A stretch of 64,000 nt of DNA, taken from positions 74,462,001-74,526,000 of the forward strand of contig OX597820.1 in assembly GCA_951406725.2 (NCBI GenBank), given 5' to 3'. This stretch comes from Octopus vulgaris. Its lineage: Eukaryota. Numbering within the stretch: the stretch's first letter is position 1; the number at the start of each line of letters is the position of its first letter. The notes below the pieces were generated by a model. The model searched no databases and had not been told where the DNA came from. It saw nothing but the letters and a program-made list of their open reading frames with translations. Both the position numbers and the translations under genes were made by a program. This document shows positions 43,619 through 58,410 of the stretch, one piece after another.

Positions 43619-43640
43619 TTGTCCCCCCTCCATCAATTGA
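43423..43640 (+). mobile_element. SINE family A, 5' portion
   Basis: GGAGTGGCTGTATGGTAAG..GCACCTTGGGCAGGTGTCTTCTACTATAGCC. Confidence 0.85.
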
Positions 43641-43959
43641 CAATTTCGAACCCGTGTTTTCACTCCTAAGCATTTCGCTGGGCATATGGTGTAGTGGTTA
43701 AGACCGTAGGCTACTAACCCCAAGAAAAATACCTTAGGAATGAGAATGCAGGTTCGAAATTTCCCCAGGAAACCCGATTAAGGGTGGAGGGTATAACAAC
43801 AAAGAAGATGAGGACAAATATCAGTCAAATGTAAATAATGTAAATAATGTATACTTGGTCTTGTCAAAGAATTACTTTTAGTGTTTTCTTTTCTTCTAAA
43901 ATATAAACTACAGAGCGGTGGGGATGGGTAGGGAAGTAGAGATGTAAGAATATTTATTT

Positions 43960-44156
43960 CTTTATTACCCACAGGGGGCTAAACATAGAGGGACAAACAA
44001 AGGGATTAAGTCGATTACATCGACTCCAGTGCGTAATTGGAAAGGATAAAAGGCAAAGTGGACCTCGGCGGAATTTGAACTCATAACGTAACGGTAGACG
44101 AAACACCGCTAAGCATTTCGCCCAGCGTGCTAACGATTTTGCCAGCTAGCCGCCTT
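43960..44156 (-). mobile_element. SINE family B copy
   Basis: Reverse complement of the family B consensus, including the spacer seen in the 30122 trimer. Confidence 0.8.
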
Positions 44157-44644
44157 GGAGGGGTAAAAATATTAGTATTCTACCAAGTCAGAGTATTAGA
44201 TAGAACTAGTAGACGCGTGATCTGACGGAGTCTTTGGTCTACACTAATACGTTTGTCTTATGCAGACAGCTTTATGAAATTTGTTACTGTTTCTGGGTTT
44301 TGTCAGACCGTCTTTCTTCTGTCTTTACTCACACCTGACTTTAACCAATTCTCATTGTCTGATTCTCTCTCTCTCTCTTTCTTTCTCGCTCACTCTCTTT
44401 CTCTTCATCTCTCTCCTCACACTCTCCCCCCTCTCTCTCCGTGTTTACCTGTCAGCTTAGCTGTTCCTGTCTCTATGATCTATAATGATTGCGCTAGCTG
44501 AGACAGACATACACACGCACATAAAGAGAGCTATACACTCACACATACATTATTTCTAAGTTGTAGTTTAGAAATTAATTAGCCTCTATAATTATTGTAA
44601 AGTATATTATACCACAAGGTGCTGAGTCTGTGTAAGAACGTATG

Positions 44645-46052
44645 TTAGTTAGTTAGTTAATTTTTTGGATCAAAAAGCAAAAAGCAAGGCCATGTAGGGG
44701 GACATGGAGTTATGTACAGGGTGGTGTTCATGTAAAGAGTTCAGGCCACTTGAGGTCAAGGGAGACTTTGAACCGAGCGGTCGTCGGCATCTTCACCATC
44801 TCGTCTGGCAGCTTATTCCACGGATTCGCAACTCGGACGGAGAAAGCCCTTCTCCTTCGATTGAGATGAAATCGTCGCAGATAGAGCTTTTCAGAATGAC
44901 CCCGCAGCCGACGCTCTGGAGCAGGAATGAAGAACAGCTCTTTCGAGAGGTTACACTTTCCGCTTATGATGTTGTGAGCAAGAATGAGATCTCCACGGCG
45001 TCGTCATTTTTCTAGAGAATAAAGATCGAGCGTCTTCAGCCTTCCCTCATAAGACAAATTCTTAAGACCATGAACCATGCGGGTAGCCAGCTTCTGGACT
45101 CTTTCGAGATGCTGTATGTCTTTGAGGAGATAAGGAGAAGATGCTTGAATCCCGTACTCCAATATGGGTCTCACCAGCGTGACATAGAGCGGTAGGAATA
45201 TGGCTGCTGTGAGCATTCCGAATGACCGTCGAATCAAGAACAGAATTCCGCGTGCTTTGTTGGCAGCATGGACGCACTGGGCCGAAGGCGAAAAGGAAGA
45301 ATACCTCAAGATACCCAGGTCCTTTACCTGATCGGTCCTCTCCAGCAGCAGACGACCCGGCTCGAAATCAAGTTGAGTTGCAGGAGGAGAGCCAACAGGC
45401 AGATGACAGCACTTTGACACGTTCAGACACCAGTCCCATTCGTTAGACCACCTCCAAATTTGGTGGAGGCAACGACGAAGATCTTCTATATCACCGCGAG
45501 GAGCGACCAGTTTGACATCGTCGGTAAATAGAAGGGTGTGTTGCGTGAGGTCGTCGGGCAAGTCATTTATGAAGACTAAGAACAATAAGGGTCCAAGCAC
45601 TGAACCTTGAGGCACGCCACTGCTCGTACTGGAGACGTCGGACCGCAAACCATTAACTTGGACTGAGAGGAAGACACGAACCCATCATACAATATCCGGA
45701 TGGAAACTATATGCTTGAAGCTTGACAAGTAATAGGCGGTGGTCTACCGAGTCAAAAGCTTTGGCAAAGTCCAATAAAACGATGTCAACAGCATCACTAT
45801 CATCGAGGAAGTTGGTCAAGCATGATCTCTTCGGCACGAAGCCGTGTTGGGAATCAGAGATAGAGGCTGTGTTTTGGAGATTATCGCTGTTCTCCGTCGC
45901 CAATGACATATTGAATAGGCGTGTTAAGGGCTCGCAGAGGACCGGAGCCAACGCTTTGATAACCCGTGGGTGTATGCTGTCAGGGCCGTGACACTTGTTG
46001 ACATCGTGGCCTTGAATAACGCGTTCGACTTCGTCCCGCGTGATGGCCAATC
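44645..46052 (-). mobile_element. 5'-truncated CR1-like LINE (reverse transcriptase remnant)
   Basis: GPDSIHPRVIK, QHGFVPKRSCLTN, DFAKAFDSVDH, GVPQGSVLGPLLFLVFINDL, LFTDDVKL, KDLGI, VRPILEY and LERVQKLATR motifs; short (TAAC)n 3' tail; frameshifts and internal deletions. Confidence 0.92.
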
Positions 46053-46784
46053 GATAAATGTATGTATGTATGTATGTATGAACGTACGTATGTGTATATG
46101 TGTTTATATATGTACGCATGTATGTATGTATGTATGTGTGTGTTCGCGCGTATGTGTCCGCGTTTGTGTGCGCGCGTGTCGACTTTTCTAAAGTGGTGAT
46201 TGCGACTTGCGGAAAATTTTGGCTGCTATTTTTAGCAGATTAAACTCTCACAAAGAGATTACCTCGTTGACTTAACCGGGGTCGTTCTTCTTGCGGTATT
46301 CTTGTTACTCCATGTTTCACGTTGTCTATTTTTTCCGGACTTGAAGCGTTCTTAAAACATATATAGAGCTTGCAAATATAGTCAAACCAAGCTTGCTTTA
46401 TCCTAACCATTTAAGATTTAAAAGCTTTACAATATATGATTTAACGTTTAATATATTCTTGACATGAAGATGGACATGTAAGAGAGAATATATATATAAA
46501 AAAAAATTGAGAAAATAACAAAAATTAAAACTGACGAATGCATGTCTGTGTGGTTTAGAAGTTGGCTTTGCAACTACGTGATTTTCTGGTTCAATACCTC
46601 TTCATCATGCCTGGGCCAACCGATACCTGTTGCATGAATTAGGTGTACAGAAACTGTGAAGAAGCCTGCCATGTCTATGTATGTATGTAAGTATGTATGT
46701 ATGTATGTATGTATGTATGTATGTATGTATGTATGTATCTATCTCTCTCTCTATATATATATATCTGTGTGTGTCTGTATTATG

Positions 46785-46849
<65 letters not shown>

Positions 46850-47276
46850 ACACACACACGCACACACACACATACATATATTCGATGTGTGTGTGTATGT
46901 TTGTATGTGTGAGTGTATGTTTTTATGTGTGAGTGTTTTGCGAGTGTGTTGTGTTTGTCTCCTACCACCGCCGCTTGGCAACTAGTGACGGCATATTTGT
47001 CCACGTATGCCAAAATTTGGCACAACAGATTTGGCGTTGCTATTAAAAATTCTGTCCTTACACTGTGAAATCTATTTCTTTGATTTAATAGATAAAGTAT
47101 ATACTGAAACATTAAAAAAAAAAATGTTGAGTCGTTGGACTCATAGGAGGGCTACCCGTTTTCCACGGTGTATAAGTGACAGACATCGCAATATATACTC
47201 TGAATGGAACTTTGGTCCATTGCAGAGATCTCACACACACACACACACACACACACTACCATTATTTGTAAGTATA

Positions 47277-47322
<46 letters not shown>

Positions 47323-47527
47323 ACACTACCATTATTTGTAAGTATACATATTTACATAATTCCTCAATATAGAATTTATAGAAATATCAAAAATCATGTT
47401 TGATTTGGGTATTGAGTAGAGCCTGAAGGATATAAATAGGTAGATAGATATATATTGATAGTTCTCTGCAATTAACCAATGTTCCATTCAGAGTATATGG
47501 CTACTGAATAATTGCCACACATTATAA

Positions 47528-47601
<74 letters not shown>

Positions 47602-48108
47602 TTTATATAAAATTTCACACACACACATATATATGGAGTATGCATATATTTGATAATCGTGTGATAAATAAAAATAAAAATAAAAATAAAAAAAATAAAA
47701 ATAAAAAAAAAAAAAAATATATATAAAAATATATATATAAATAAATATAAAAATATATATATAAAATTATATATATAACAACAGTATATCACACACACAT
47801 AATATAAAAAAAAATAATATATATATATATATATATATAACAACAAATACATACTAATACACACAAAACCACATATATATACAACAACCAACTAATAGAA
47901 ACACAATGACGATCACACATGTTATATAAATAATATATAAAAAATAACAATAACATATATTATAACCTATGAATATACATATGTACATATGTACATATGT
48001 ATATATGTACATATGTACATATGTATATATGTACATAGGTGTATGTGGGTGTATGTATATATAGGTGTAAATATGTATATAGGGAACTAGGTGTGTGTGT
48101 GTGCATGA

Positions 48109-48158
<50 letters not shown>

Positions 48159-48177
48159 TCATATACGTGTGTTGTGA

Positions 48178-48305
<128 letters not shown>

Positions 48306-48488
48306 TATATATATATATATTTTTTTTTTTTTTATTTTTATTTTATTTTTATTTATCTATTCCTTCATCTACTACACTGACTCCTTGACCACTCCCCATA
48401 TGAATGCCTATGCCCCCAAAATCACACCCCTAAACTGTAAATATATAATAGCTTCTATTTCTTGAATGAGATATATATAGAGAGAGAG

Positions 48489-48571
<83 letters not shown>

Positions 48572-48720
48572 CGGAAGTAGGAAAGGAAGATAAAAAAACG
48601 ACATCGATAAGGAACACAGCCGAAATAGTGAAAGCTGGATGCTAAAGATATTGAAAGACAGATAATGTGTGTATGTATGTGTGCATGTGCGTGTGAAAGA
48701 GAAATATGTAGGAAATAAGT

Positions 48721-48779
<59 letters not shown>

Positions 48780-49064
48780 TAGAGCGAGAAAGAGTAGGTA
48801 AAGAAAGAGGTAGAAATCTAAAGTGAAAGGAGAAAGGGGGTTAGAAGGGGGCACGAGGAATGGAAAGGGAGAAACGAAATAGGAAGGAATCAGTAGACAT
48901 ATAATTAAATAAAATGAACAGGTTTACACATGTAAAACTTGGAAAGGAAGGTGTAATTGGCGATACGTCTTGTATGTTCGCGGCAGCGTCTGCTGTATAT
49001 ACAAATATGTGCCCATACATATCTATACATACATGCATATATACATACATACATACATATATAC

Positions 49065-49095
<31 letters not shown>

Positions 49096-49307
49096 CATAC
49101 ATACATACATACATACATACATACATACATACATACTTACATACATACATATATAATGTATATGTACCTATTTGCGAAGATGGGTGCTTATATATGCATA
49201 CATAAGCACATATACAAACATACGTACATACATATATATATATATACACATTCATACATACGCATATATATAAATCTATTTGCACTCATATATATATATA
49301 TTTAAGG

Positions 49308-49383
<76 letters not shown>

Positions 49384-49617
49384 GACATACACACTTATAT
49401 ACATAGACGCACACATATGAGATTACATGTGTGTTTATATATGTACACATACATGCATATATGTGTGTGTGTCAGCGTGAGTCTGTGTTTATGCGTGTAT
49501 GTATATTTGTGTGTGTGTGTGTGTTTGTGTGTGCATGTGTTTGTGAGTGTAGAGAGAGGTAATATAGATAGAGTAATAGGTAGTTAACCAGTCAGTCAGA
49601 TAGATATACAGATAGGA

Positions 49618-49788
<171 letters not shown>

Positions 49789-49789
49789 G

Positions 49790-49840
<51 letters not shown>

Positions 49841-49881
49841 GAGATAGAGAGATAGATAGACAAATAGATGGACAGACAGAA

Positions 49882-49920
<39 letters not shown>

Positions 49921-49967
49921 TAGATAGATAGATAGATAGATATATGGATAGATAGATAGACAAATAG

Positions 49968-50016
<49 letters not shown>

Positions 50017-50139
50017 GATAAATAGAGAGATAGCCAGAAAGATAGGCAGACATATCGATAGATGTTTATATCAAGTTAGACAGACGGAGACGCAGCTAGT
50101 TAGATATATGGTGAGTTCATTTGATGAATGGTATGTGCG

Positions 50140-50174
<35 letters not shown>

Positions 50175-50295
50175 TGTATACATGTGTGTGATCCATACAC
50201 ACTTAGACATACAGATATTCGCTTACAAATAAACGAGGACAGTGATAGACAGAAAGAGCAGCAACGATAGAAATAAAGAAATACAACGGCGTGGA

Positions 50296-50826
50296 GTGTG
50301 GTAGTTGTGGTGGTTGTGTTGGGTATGGTGGTTGCGGTGGTTATGGTGGTTCTTCTGGTTGTGTTGCTTCTAGCAGTTGTGGTGGGTGTGGTGGTTGTGG
50401 TGGCGGTTGTTGTGGTTGTGGTGGTTGTGTTGGTAGTTGTGGTTGTAGTGGTAGTTGTGGTGGTTGTGGTGATTGTGGTGGTTGCGGTGGTTGTAGTGGC
50501 GATGGTAGTTACGGTGGTTGATATCGCTGTGGTGGTTCTTCTGGTTGTGGTGGTGGTTGTGGTGGTGGTTGTGGTGGTTGTCGTGATTGTGGTGGTTGCG
50601 CTGAGTGTAGTGGTGATGGTTGTGGTGATGGTTGTGGTGGTGGTTGTGGCGGTTGTCGTGATTGTGGTGGTTGCGCTGAGTGTAGTGGTGATGGTTGTGG
50701 TGGTGGTTGCTATCTTTGTGGTGGTGATTGTGGTGGTTGCGCTGAGTGTAGTGGTGATGGTTCTTCTGGTTGTGGTGGTGGTTGTTGTCATGATTGTGGC
50801 GGTGGTGGTGGCGGTTGTGGTGGTGA
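50296..50826. repeat. In-register degenerate (GGT/TGT) triplet repeat with higher-order units; candidate low-complexity coding exon
   Basis: About 530 nt without an apparent frameshift; GATTGTGGTGGTTGCGCTGAGTGTAGTGGTGATGGTT occurs 3 times. Minus frames give Thr-rich and His/Asn-rich ORFs. Confidence 0.6.
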
Positions 50827-51513
50827 AAGTGTGTGTCTCCCAATTTGAATAACAGCATAGCTTTCAAATAATCTGTAAGTCACTTCTTACCGAAGAGCTG
50901 GGAATGTCGGCATGCTGCCAATATTCCCATCACCGTTCTCTTCTCTTCCGCTTGTCGGTTGGATTTTCCTGGCTAAACCGCTTCATTTCTTTATTCATTG
51001 ATTGCTGTAACTCATTCCCGAATCCGAACAACTAATAAACACATTCAGAACCGGCACACCATTAGACATGTCCTTCTATTTCATACTCACACGCACAATC
51101 TCACTTCCGTATCCGCCAGACCTTGCTCTTGATCTCCCTTTCCTGGTCCCATTGCCAAAAAAGATCCACTCAGACATCATTCTCTTCCTATTTTACCTTA
51201 CCTAATTCATTCCGCCGACACATATCGTTGTTCATAACGACGACTGTGAAGGCACCATTAACAACAAACACATGTACGGATATATCTATGTAGGATTCTA
51301 GGTAGGCATGTGAGGGTGGACCCTATCATACAGGATATTCTCTTATATACACATGTATATATATATAAATATATACAAACATATATAAGATATGTATATA
51401 TAAACATATATAAGATATATATATATATATATATAAATATATATATATGTATATATATATATACATATATAAGATATACATATATATACATACATATATT
51501 CTTTTAGCCTTTT

Positions 51514-51903
51514 ATTCTTTCATTTGTTTCAGTCATTTAATTGCAACCATGCTGGAGCACCACTTTTACTCGACCAAATCCTAGGACTTATTCTTTGTAA
51601 ACCTAGTACTTATTCTATTGGTGCCTTTTGCCGAACTGCTAAGTTACGGGGACGTAAAGACACCAACGTCAGTTGTCAAGCGATGGTGGTGGTGGTGGGG
51701 ACAAACACAGACACATAAACACAGAGTCACTCACACACACATACATATATACATATATACAACGGGCTTCTTTCAGTTTCTGTGTACCAAATCCGCTCAG
51801 TAGGCTACAGTAGAAGACACTTGCGCAAGGTGCCACGCAGTGGGACTGAAACCGGAAACATGTGGTTGGTAAGCAAACTACTTACCACAAGGCCACTCCT
51901 GCA
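51514..51903 (-). mobile_element. SINE family A
   Basis: Reverse complement of the family A consensus. Confidence 0.85.
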
Positions 51904-51984
51904 CATATGAATACATATGTATATGAAAACGGCATACACTCCCTATACAGTAATAAGTTCTGGAACAGGTTGGAGAGGGACACA

Positions 51985-52520
51985 GTAAAATGTTGACGCT
52001 ACACCTATGAACGAATTAAGTAGGGTATTTAAGAAAATCCCGTGCACAACTGGCCTTAAGATCAAATTTGTAGAAAAGACAGATAGGACTATCAAATCTG
52101 TATTAAGGAGATCATACCCATTTGATAAAATCCCGTGTCAGAATAATTGTGTAGTATGTTCTACAAACCCACATATGAACTGCAAAAAAAAAAAAAACAC
52201 AAAAAAACAAAACAATTAGAAAAAAACAATTGCCAAGAAGGAATTTGCGCGATTATCCCAAAGTCATATATTGGTTAGACTTCTAGGAGCACCAATGATA
52301 GGTTCAAAGAACACCTGGACAACTACATTGAAAAAAAAAACAACTCCATCTTCTATCAGAATGTCGTACACTGCCACAATGGCTCCTTAGGTAGACTTAG
52401 ATTAGATTAGACATCTTATCTACACATCCCACAGATGCAATGCTGAGACATGTCATCAAGCTGTCTGTAAACAGGAATACAAATCCACCCGTAACCGTAA
52501 ATCCGAATGAGGTAACACCC
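51985..52520 (+). pseudogene. Penelope-like element C-terminal remnant (Cys linker plus GIY-YIG endonuclease)
   Basis: ORF 52007-52219 (..KIKFVEKTDRTIKSVLRRSYPF..CQNNCVVC..NC) followed at 52261 by KSYIG*TSRSTNDRFKEHLD, the YIG-x-T-x-R..RFKEH signature of PLE GIY-YIG nucleases; stops and frameshifts present. Confidence 0.75.
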
Positions 52521-53175
52521 AGATTCCACTTGGGAGTACCTATCTATAATCACCTCTTTTTCTCATTTACATGTAGAAATCCATATAATACATGTTGAGA
52601 TGTACGATACTAAAATGCATACATGTAGTTATACACAATCGTATAAGTGTACATAGATTAACATGTATGTGGGTATGTATAGATGTATGTGTGTATGTGT
52701 GTGTGTATATGTTGTGTGAATATATGTGTGTATGAGTGTGTACATGCATGAACGTATGAGTATGTGTGTAGATAATGTTTATATTATATATATGTGTATG
52801 TATGCACATACATATATATATGTCTATGTAAAATGAAAAAAATTAAATTTTAACGTTATCCGCGAAAATAGTGACATATATATGTGTAGATGGATAAGAG
52901 TATATATGGGTATACTTTAAGATTATACGTATATATGCGAGTGTGTATACGTGTTTATATGTATGTCCCTCTCACTACCGTCTAACGGTGAATGGATACA
53001 ATGTCTTAGATACGTACATGCAAATATAAACTTACCTGTACACACGTACAAGCACACACAATCATATAAACACACACACACACACACTGATATATATATA
53101 GATATATATACAACCTTCGACAGAGTAACAGTCATATATACAACTTGAACAGACGTTTTCATAAACATACGTTCA

Positions 53176-53207
<32 letters not shown>

Positions 53208-54209
53208 TACACACATGTCTATATACTTACATACCTAATTACTCACATACATAAGTACATACGTACATACATACATACTTTCGTATAGGCGTATACGCTT
53301 GCATGCGCATGTACACATATGCATACGCACATATTTACATGCACACACATATATATATACATACGTAATGCATACATACATACATACATACATACATACA
53401 TACATACATACATACATGTCATGAACAACTGTTACTTTCTTAGATGCAGCATGGAATTTTGTCACTGAACAGGTTACCGTTTCAAAACGACGAAAATATT
53501 TTGACAAATTAGATTTAAATGCTAAAGTGAATCTAATGGTTTTTGCGTGTTTCTAAATGGCTTATAAACACCTTTCACGCTGCAATTGTATATATATATA
53601 TATATAACGTATATCTGACACTTTAATACCAACAGATCATGAATTTCTCATTCTTTCTATATAATTGTTGCAAGATAACATAACAAGATAATCCGTAGAG
53701 CACATGTTCTACACAGTCATTATCCAACACTAAAACATTGAACATCGGTTTTATAGCAAGAAATACCTTATCAAATTGAAATGAAAAAGCAATCTTCACA
53801 GTGTATACAGTTGATAGTCGGGCCTATCCTACACAGGGTACCAGTTTTTCCAACATAACTCCACAGGTTAACAGTATTCCAATATAGAATGCGTTGCGAG
53901 TAAAATGGTTTTGTCGTTCTGTGTGTCTTTTCAGGCAAGAAGAAGACGAAGCCAAGACTGAAGAAAAACCTGACCAATGAATTTTATCGCTGTTAGGACG
54001 GAAGAAACGAACAAACAGTTGAACTGCACCGCCGAAACTATGACCAAATGTTAAAAAACAGCGAGAGATGGTTTGCTCTATTAATCTCCTCTGAGTATAA
54101 ACACATACTTGTTTTACATAATTCCTGTCTTTGATATGTATAAAACATGTTGTTTATATAACATGGAACAACGTTTGAGTATAAGGGAGTATTAGAAATG
54201 AGATTTTCA

Positions 54210-54560
54210 GAGGTGATTAAGAAGCTCGCATTGCAACTATGCGGTCGGATTCAGTCCCACTTAGGGCGAGTGTCTTCTACCATACTTTCGGTCTGGTCAG
54301 TGCCTTGTAGAAAGCAGAAACCGTGTGGAAGCTCGTCGTATATATGTATATGTGTGCGTTTGTCTGTTTTCCCCACTGCTTGGCCAACGGTTTTAGTTTG
54401 CTTGCGCCCCACAACTTAATGGTCTGGCGATAAAGAAGCGATAGGATGAGTGCCAGACTTAAATGATAAATAAGCATTGGTTGCTTATTCGATTTGTTCA
54501 ACGAAAGAAAATCAAATTGGTGCCTCAGCATCCTGCAGTCCAATGATTGAAATAAGAAAA
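54210..54560 (+). mobile_element. Old SINE family A copy
   Basis: Degenerate matches (TTCAGTCCCAC, GTGTCTTCTAC, CAGCATCCTGCAGTCCAATGATTGAAA). Confidence 0.6.
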
Positions 54561-54679
54561 AATTAAAAGGAAAAAGGTAAAACCACAGACTAAAAAAACA
54601 AACAAACAAAAAAGAAACTATATACACAAACGCATGTACCATGATATTTAATACAAACATTAACAAAATAATATCTACC

Positions 54680-56530
54680 GGTCAAGCGTTTATGCCGGAT
54701 GCTCTATCTTTAGTTTTATGTGTTCACGGCCCGAAACTTATATAATACGGACATTAGAAACATGGCGAAGTTTTCAGACATTAACTGTCAATAGAAGTTC
54801 TTGCCTAGTTTTACTATTTGCGTTTCATGAAAGTACAACAAAAACTACCAAGGAATGATAAACCAACATACAAAGTATTGATACCTTATAGGCTTACTAA
54901 CCAAAACTCACGAGCACCATAAGAAAGAAGTATGTGATTTAGAGAAAGAAACGCTAGGTCATAAAATGAACGCAAATACATTAGCAAATGTACAGAGATT
55001 TAAAATAAATAACAACAAAGGTTTAGAGAAACAAATAGAACAAATACTACATAAAATATACATTGCAAATAATGCAAAACAACTGATTACATGCAAAAAA
55101 GATACGCTTCTACAAGGCCGTGAACGCAACTCCATAGAATCAACTATAGTCAAAATAAGATCTAGTCACAACAAAAAGAAATGAACGCAATCGAGAGAGA
55201 CGAAGGATATAAGAAATGTGTCCTGAAGACAATGAGGATATCACATGTGAGTCTTGCATACATATAAAGAAGGAGACACCACAGCAAATTAAAAGTAAAA
55301 CACGAGAGAACAAAACAACGAGGATGATTCCGAAATATCTCTCCATAGAGACAACGAAGCAAATATTCAGTGACAACAAAATACACTCTCGATATTATAG
55401 TTAATAATAAACTGAATAAATCATACACACATATCGCAAAAGATTAATCGCAACCAAGAGAAAAAATCTATCAGAAACAATAAATAAAAGGAGAGAAAGG
55501 ACCATCGGAAAATCAATACATATGGATCAATAGAAACACCTCTCCAAGCTACGAATAAATAAATATCTCCAAACAAATAATAGCTAAATACAAAACAAAG
55601 ACCCTTCACCCCAAGAAATTCTTTCTTCAGAAGCAAACCCAAACATTAATAGGATAAATGACCCCATTTACTTTGTAGCCATGGAAAAAATCTAGGCAAA
55701 TCGGTTCGATTCTAATAGAGGAAGGAAAAAAAAGAAAAGGAAATAAAAAGATGGTGAGAAAACATATACAATATTGATAAAAAATAACCTTATTCAGTGA
55801 AACAGAAAAGAAGCAAAAAGGAAAAAATGAAGGAAACATTAAGAAAACAAAACATAAAAATAAAGAAAATATAAAAGAAGTCCTGAGAAGAAAAAAAAAG
55901 AAACAAAAAATAAAAGACTGAAAGAATCATCTGAGCAAAGTTATGTCGGATAAGAAGCCATGAAAAGCATAAGCGTTACTTTCATGGCAATAAGTTGCTT
56001 GAAATAAATGCTGAAAAATTCTACCGAGACGCATATAAAAAAAGCACGATGTTGTCAGACTCAGCAATATTAACAGAAATCCAAATATATTGGGAGAAAC
56101 AATGTAACAAAGGAGCACAATGGATTGCAAAATAAACGTGAGGGAAATATATAATAGAAGCAGAGCATATTATAACTAGCGATGAATTCACAATGCTATA
56201 AAATACAATAAAGTTTGCTAACAATTAGAATGTTACCAGAATTAATAAAATCTCCCATTTCTGGTTTAAATACTTCGCCAGGAAGACATGAAGCTATGTC
56301 GATGGTATTCATTGAATTAGTAAACAGACAAGAAGCAACATGTAACTGGTTAATGCAGAAGGAAAATAATATTGAAAAGATAAAATATATCATTAAAATG
56401 AACATGGGATTACAAACTATATAAACCAATAAACCCGATTACGAAAACTGTATAATCTTGGTCTCTATACGCTGTAAAAGGCTGACTATTCATCTAGAAA
56501 ATAATCGCTTATCACCAGAACATATATGGC
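54680..56530 (+). mobile_element. Heavily degraded RLE-type LINE, region upstream of and at the start of the RT
   Basis: A-rich strand. Near 56211, KFANN*NVTRINKISHFWFKYF resembles the NWKxPGxDxIxxFWxK pre-RT motif; near 56448, LYNL..KRLTIHLENN resembles the RT start. Ends at (TATG)n; 5' boundary uncertain. Confidence 0.5.
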
Positions 56531-57485
56531 AAACATGTGTATGTATGTATGTATGTATGTATGTATGTATGTATGTATGTATGTATGTATGTATTATGTA
56601 TGTATGTATGTATGTATGTATGTATGTATGTATGTATCTATCTATCTATATATATGTACATATATATATATATATGCTTATGTATGCATGTATATATACA
56701 CATGTATGTACACATATATATATATACATATATATATACATATATATATAATTACATGTATATGCATACACACACACATACGTGTGTGTGTGTGTTTGTG
56801 TGTATTCATGTGTGGTAAGTAGCACCATTACTTGAAGAATTTGCATACTGCGCAATAACATACGAGAGCGCTCTCTGTTCATCCCGGTTGGTTGTATTTT
56901 CATTTATAGACTTTATCTATCAAAGTGCTCTAGAAGTAGTCAGCCTGCTGAAAATATCTTTAATTCCGGAGTTTTCTTTCTCCGTGACAGGTTGTCAAAT
57001 CCTAATAAAAGTGTCATCGATTATGGTATCAGGGACTGAGATTTGAACCCAAAATGCTGAAAAATCAGAAGAAGCACTGCAAAGCAACCGGCCTGATGCT
57101 ATAGCAGTTCTGTTAATCCATTACTTAGAGCTATTATTTTGCTAATGGAGTTTGAAAGGATTAAAGTCGAAGTTGACTTCAGCTTGATTTGAACTCGGGA
57201 CGTAGGGATTAGGAACAAATATCGAAATGCATTTTATCTGATGCTCTAATGATGCTGCCACTTCGTCTTACGTAAACACAGGCACATTCACGCACAGATG
57301 TATACTTGCATATATACATCAATACACAGTTGTCAATTATAGAATATGGCTATCACTAAATAAACCTGATGATTGCGTAACATGTGAAAGTACTAGTTTA
57401 TTTTAATATTGTAAAAGTATAAAATTGTGAAAATTGGAATTTCATTAATTAGCAATTCTTCTATACATAATCATTGGAAACTCCG

Positions 57486-57527
<42 letters not shown>

Positions 57528-57529
57528 TA

Positions 57530-57589
<60 letters not shown>

Positions 57590-57821
57590 TATGCAAAAGT
57601 GTCGTAAGTTCAAAATATCACTTTTTCAGTAAACGAAAAAAATAGTTTCACCATTCCATAGCAAGACCCTTGTACTACACTTTGATATCTTGGCATCTGA
57701 AGCAGCTGGAGATACGTTAGTCTGACGAAAAGAACCGGCTATTTCAAGCAAGACTAAATATTGAAACCCCTTCCCCGAATTTGGCCAAATTTGGACATTC
57801 GACAGTTTAATATAATAGCAA

Positions 57822-57918
<97 letters not shown>

Positions 57919-58336
57919 TTTCCCTCCAAAATTCTACTTTTCGGCAGTACTCTTTTGTGACTCACGTGGTAGGATTTTGGAGAGAAATACGAATTCGCTT
58001 GTCTATATAAATGTGGATATGCTAGTGGACTTTTGTATCTTTGATGTCGCTTGATCGAAAATATACGAGGTAAGTTTTTCCTAGCATTTCTAGACTTATG
58101 GGAAATATCATGTTGATAAGGAAATGAACTTTACGATTCTAATCCAGAAACGTACGTCCAAAATTAATCAGAAGACTGTGTGGTTTCGTTGTTTTTCTTC
58201 TTCTTTTGCAATACGTGATTTACAAATATTGTTGCCTGTGGAAACTTATTTTTGTAGTAAAAGAAATAGTAGTCTTTTGGCTGTTATTTCTAATATTTTC
58301 TGCATGTGGTTTAAGCAACTTGTTGCAAAATACCCT

Positions 58337-58410
<74 letters not shown>

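Noticed and set aside
47530-47960. G-depleted A/T/C low-complexity stretch
   Set aside because: Looks like degenerate microsatellite or low-quality consensus sequence; no structure or coding signal.
50291-50849. Selenocysteine read-through of the TGA in the Gly/Cys-rich plus frame
   Set aside because: No SECIS identified and no evidence the frame is translated; a TGT-to-TGA change is expected in this repeat.
57715-57760. CTGACGA flanked by TTAGT/ACTAA
   Set aside because: No helix II or GAAA-NUH in the required positions.
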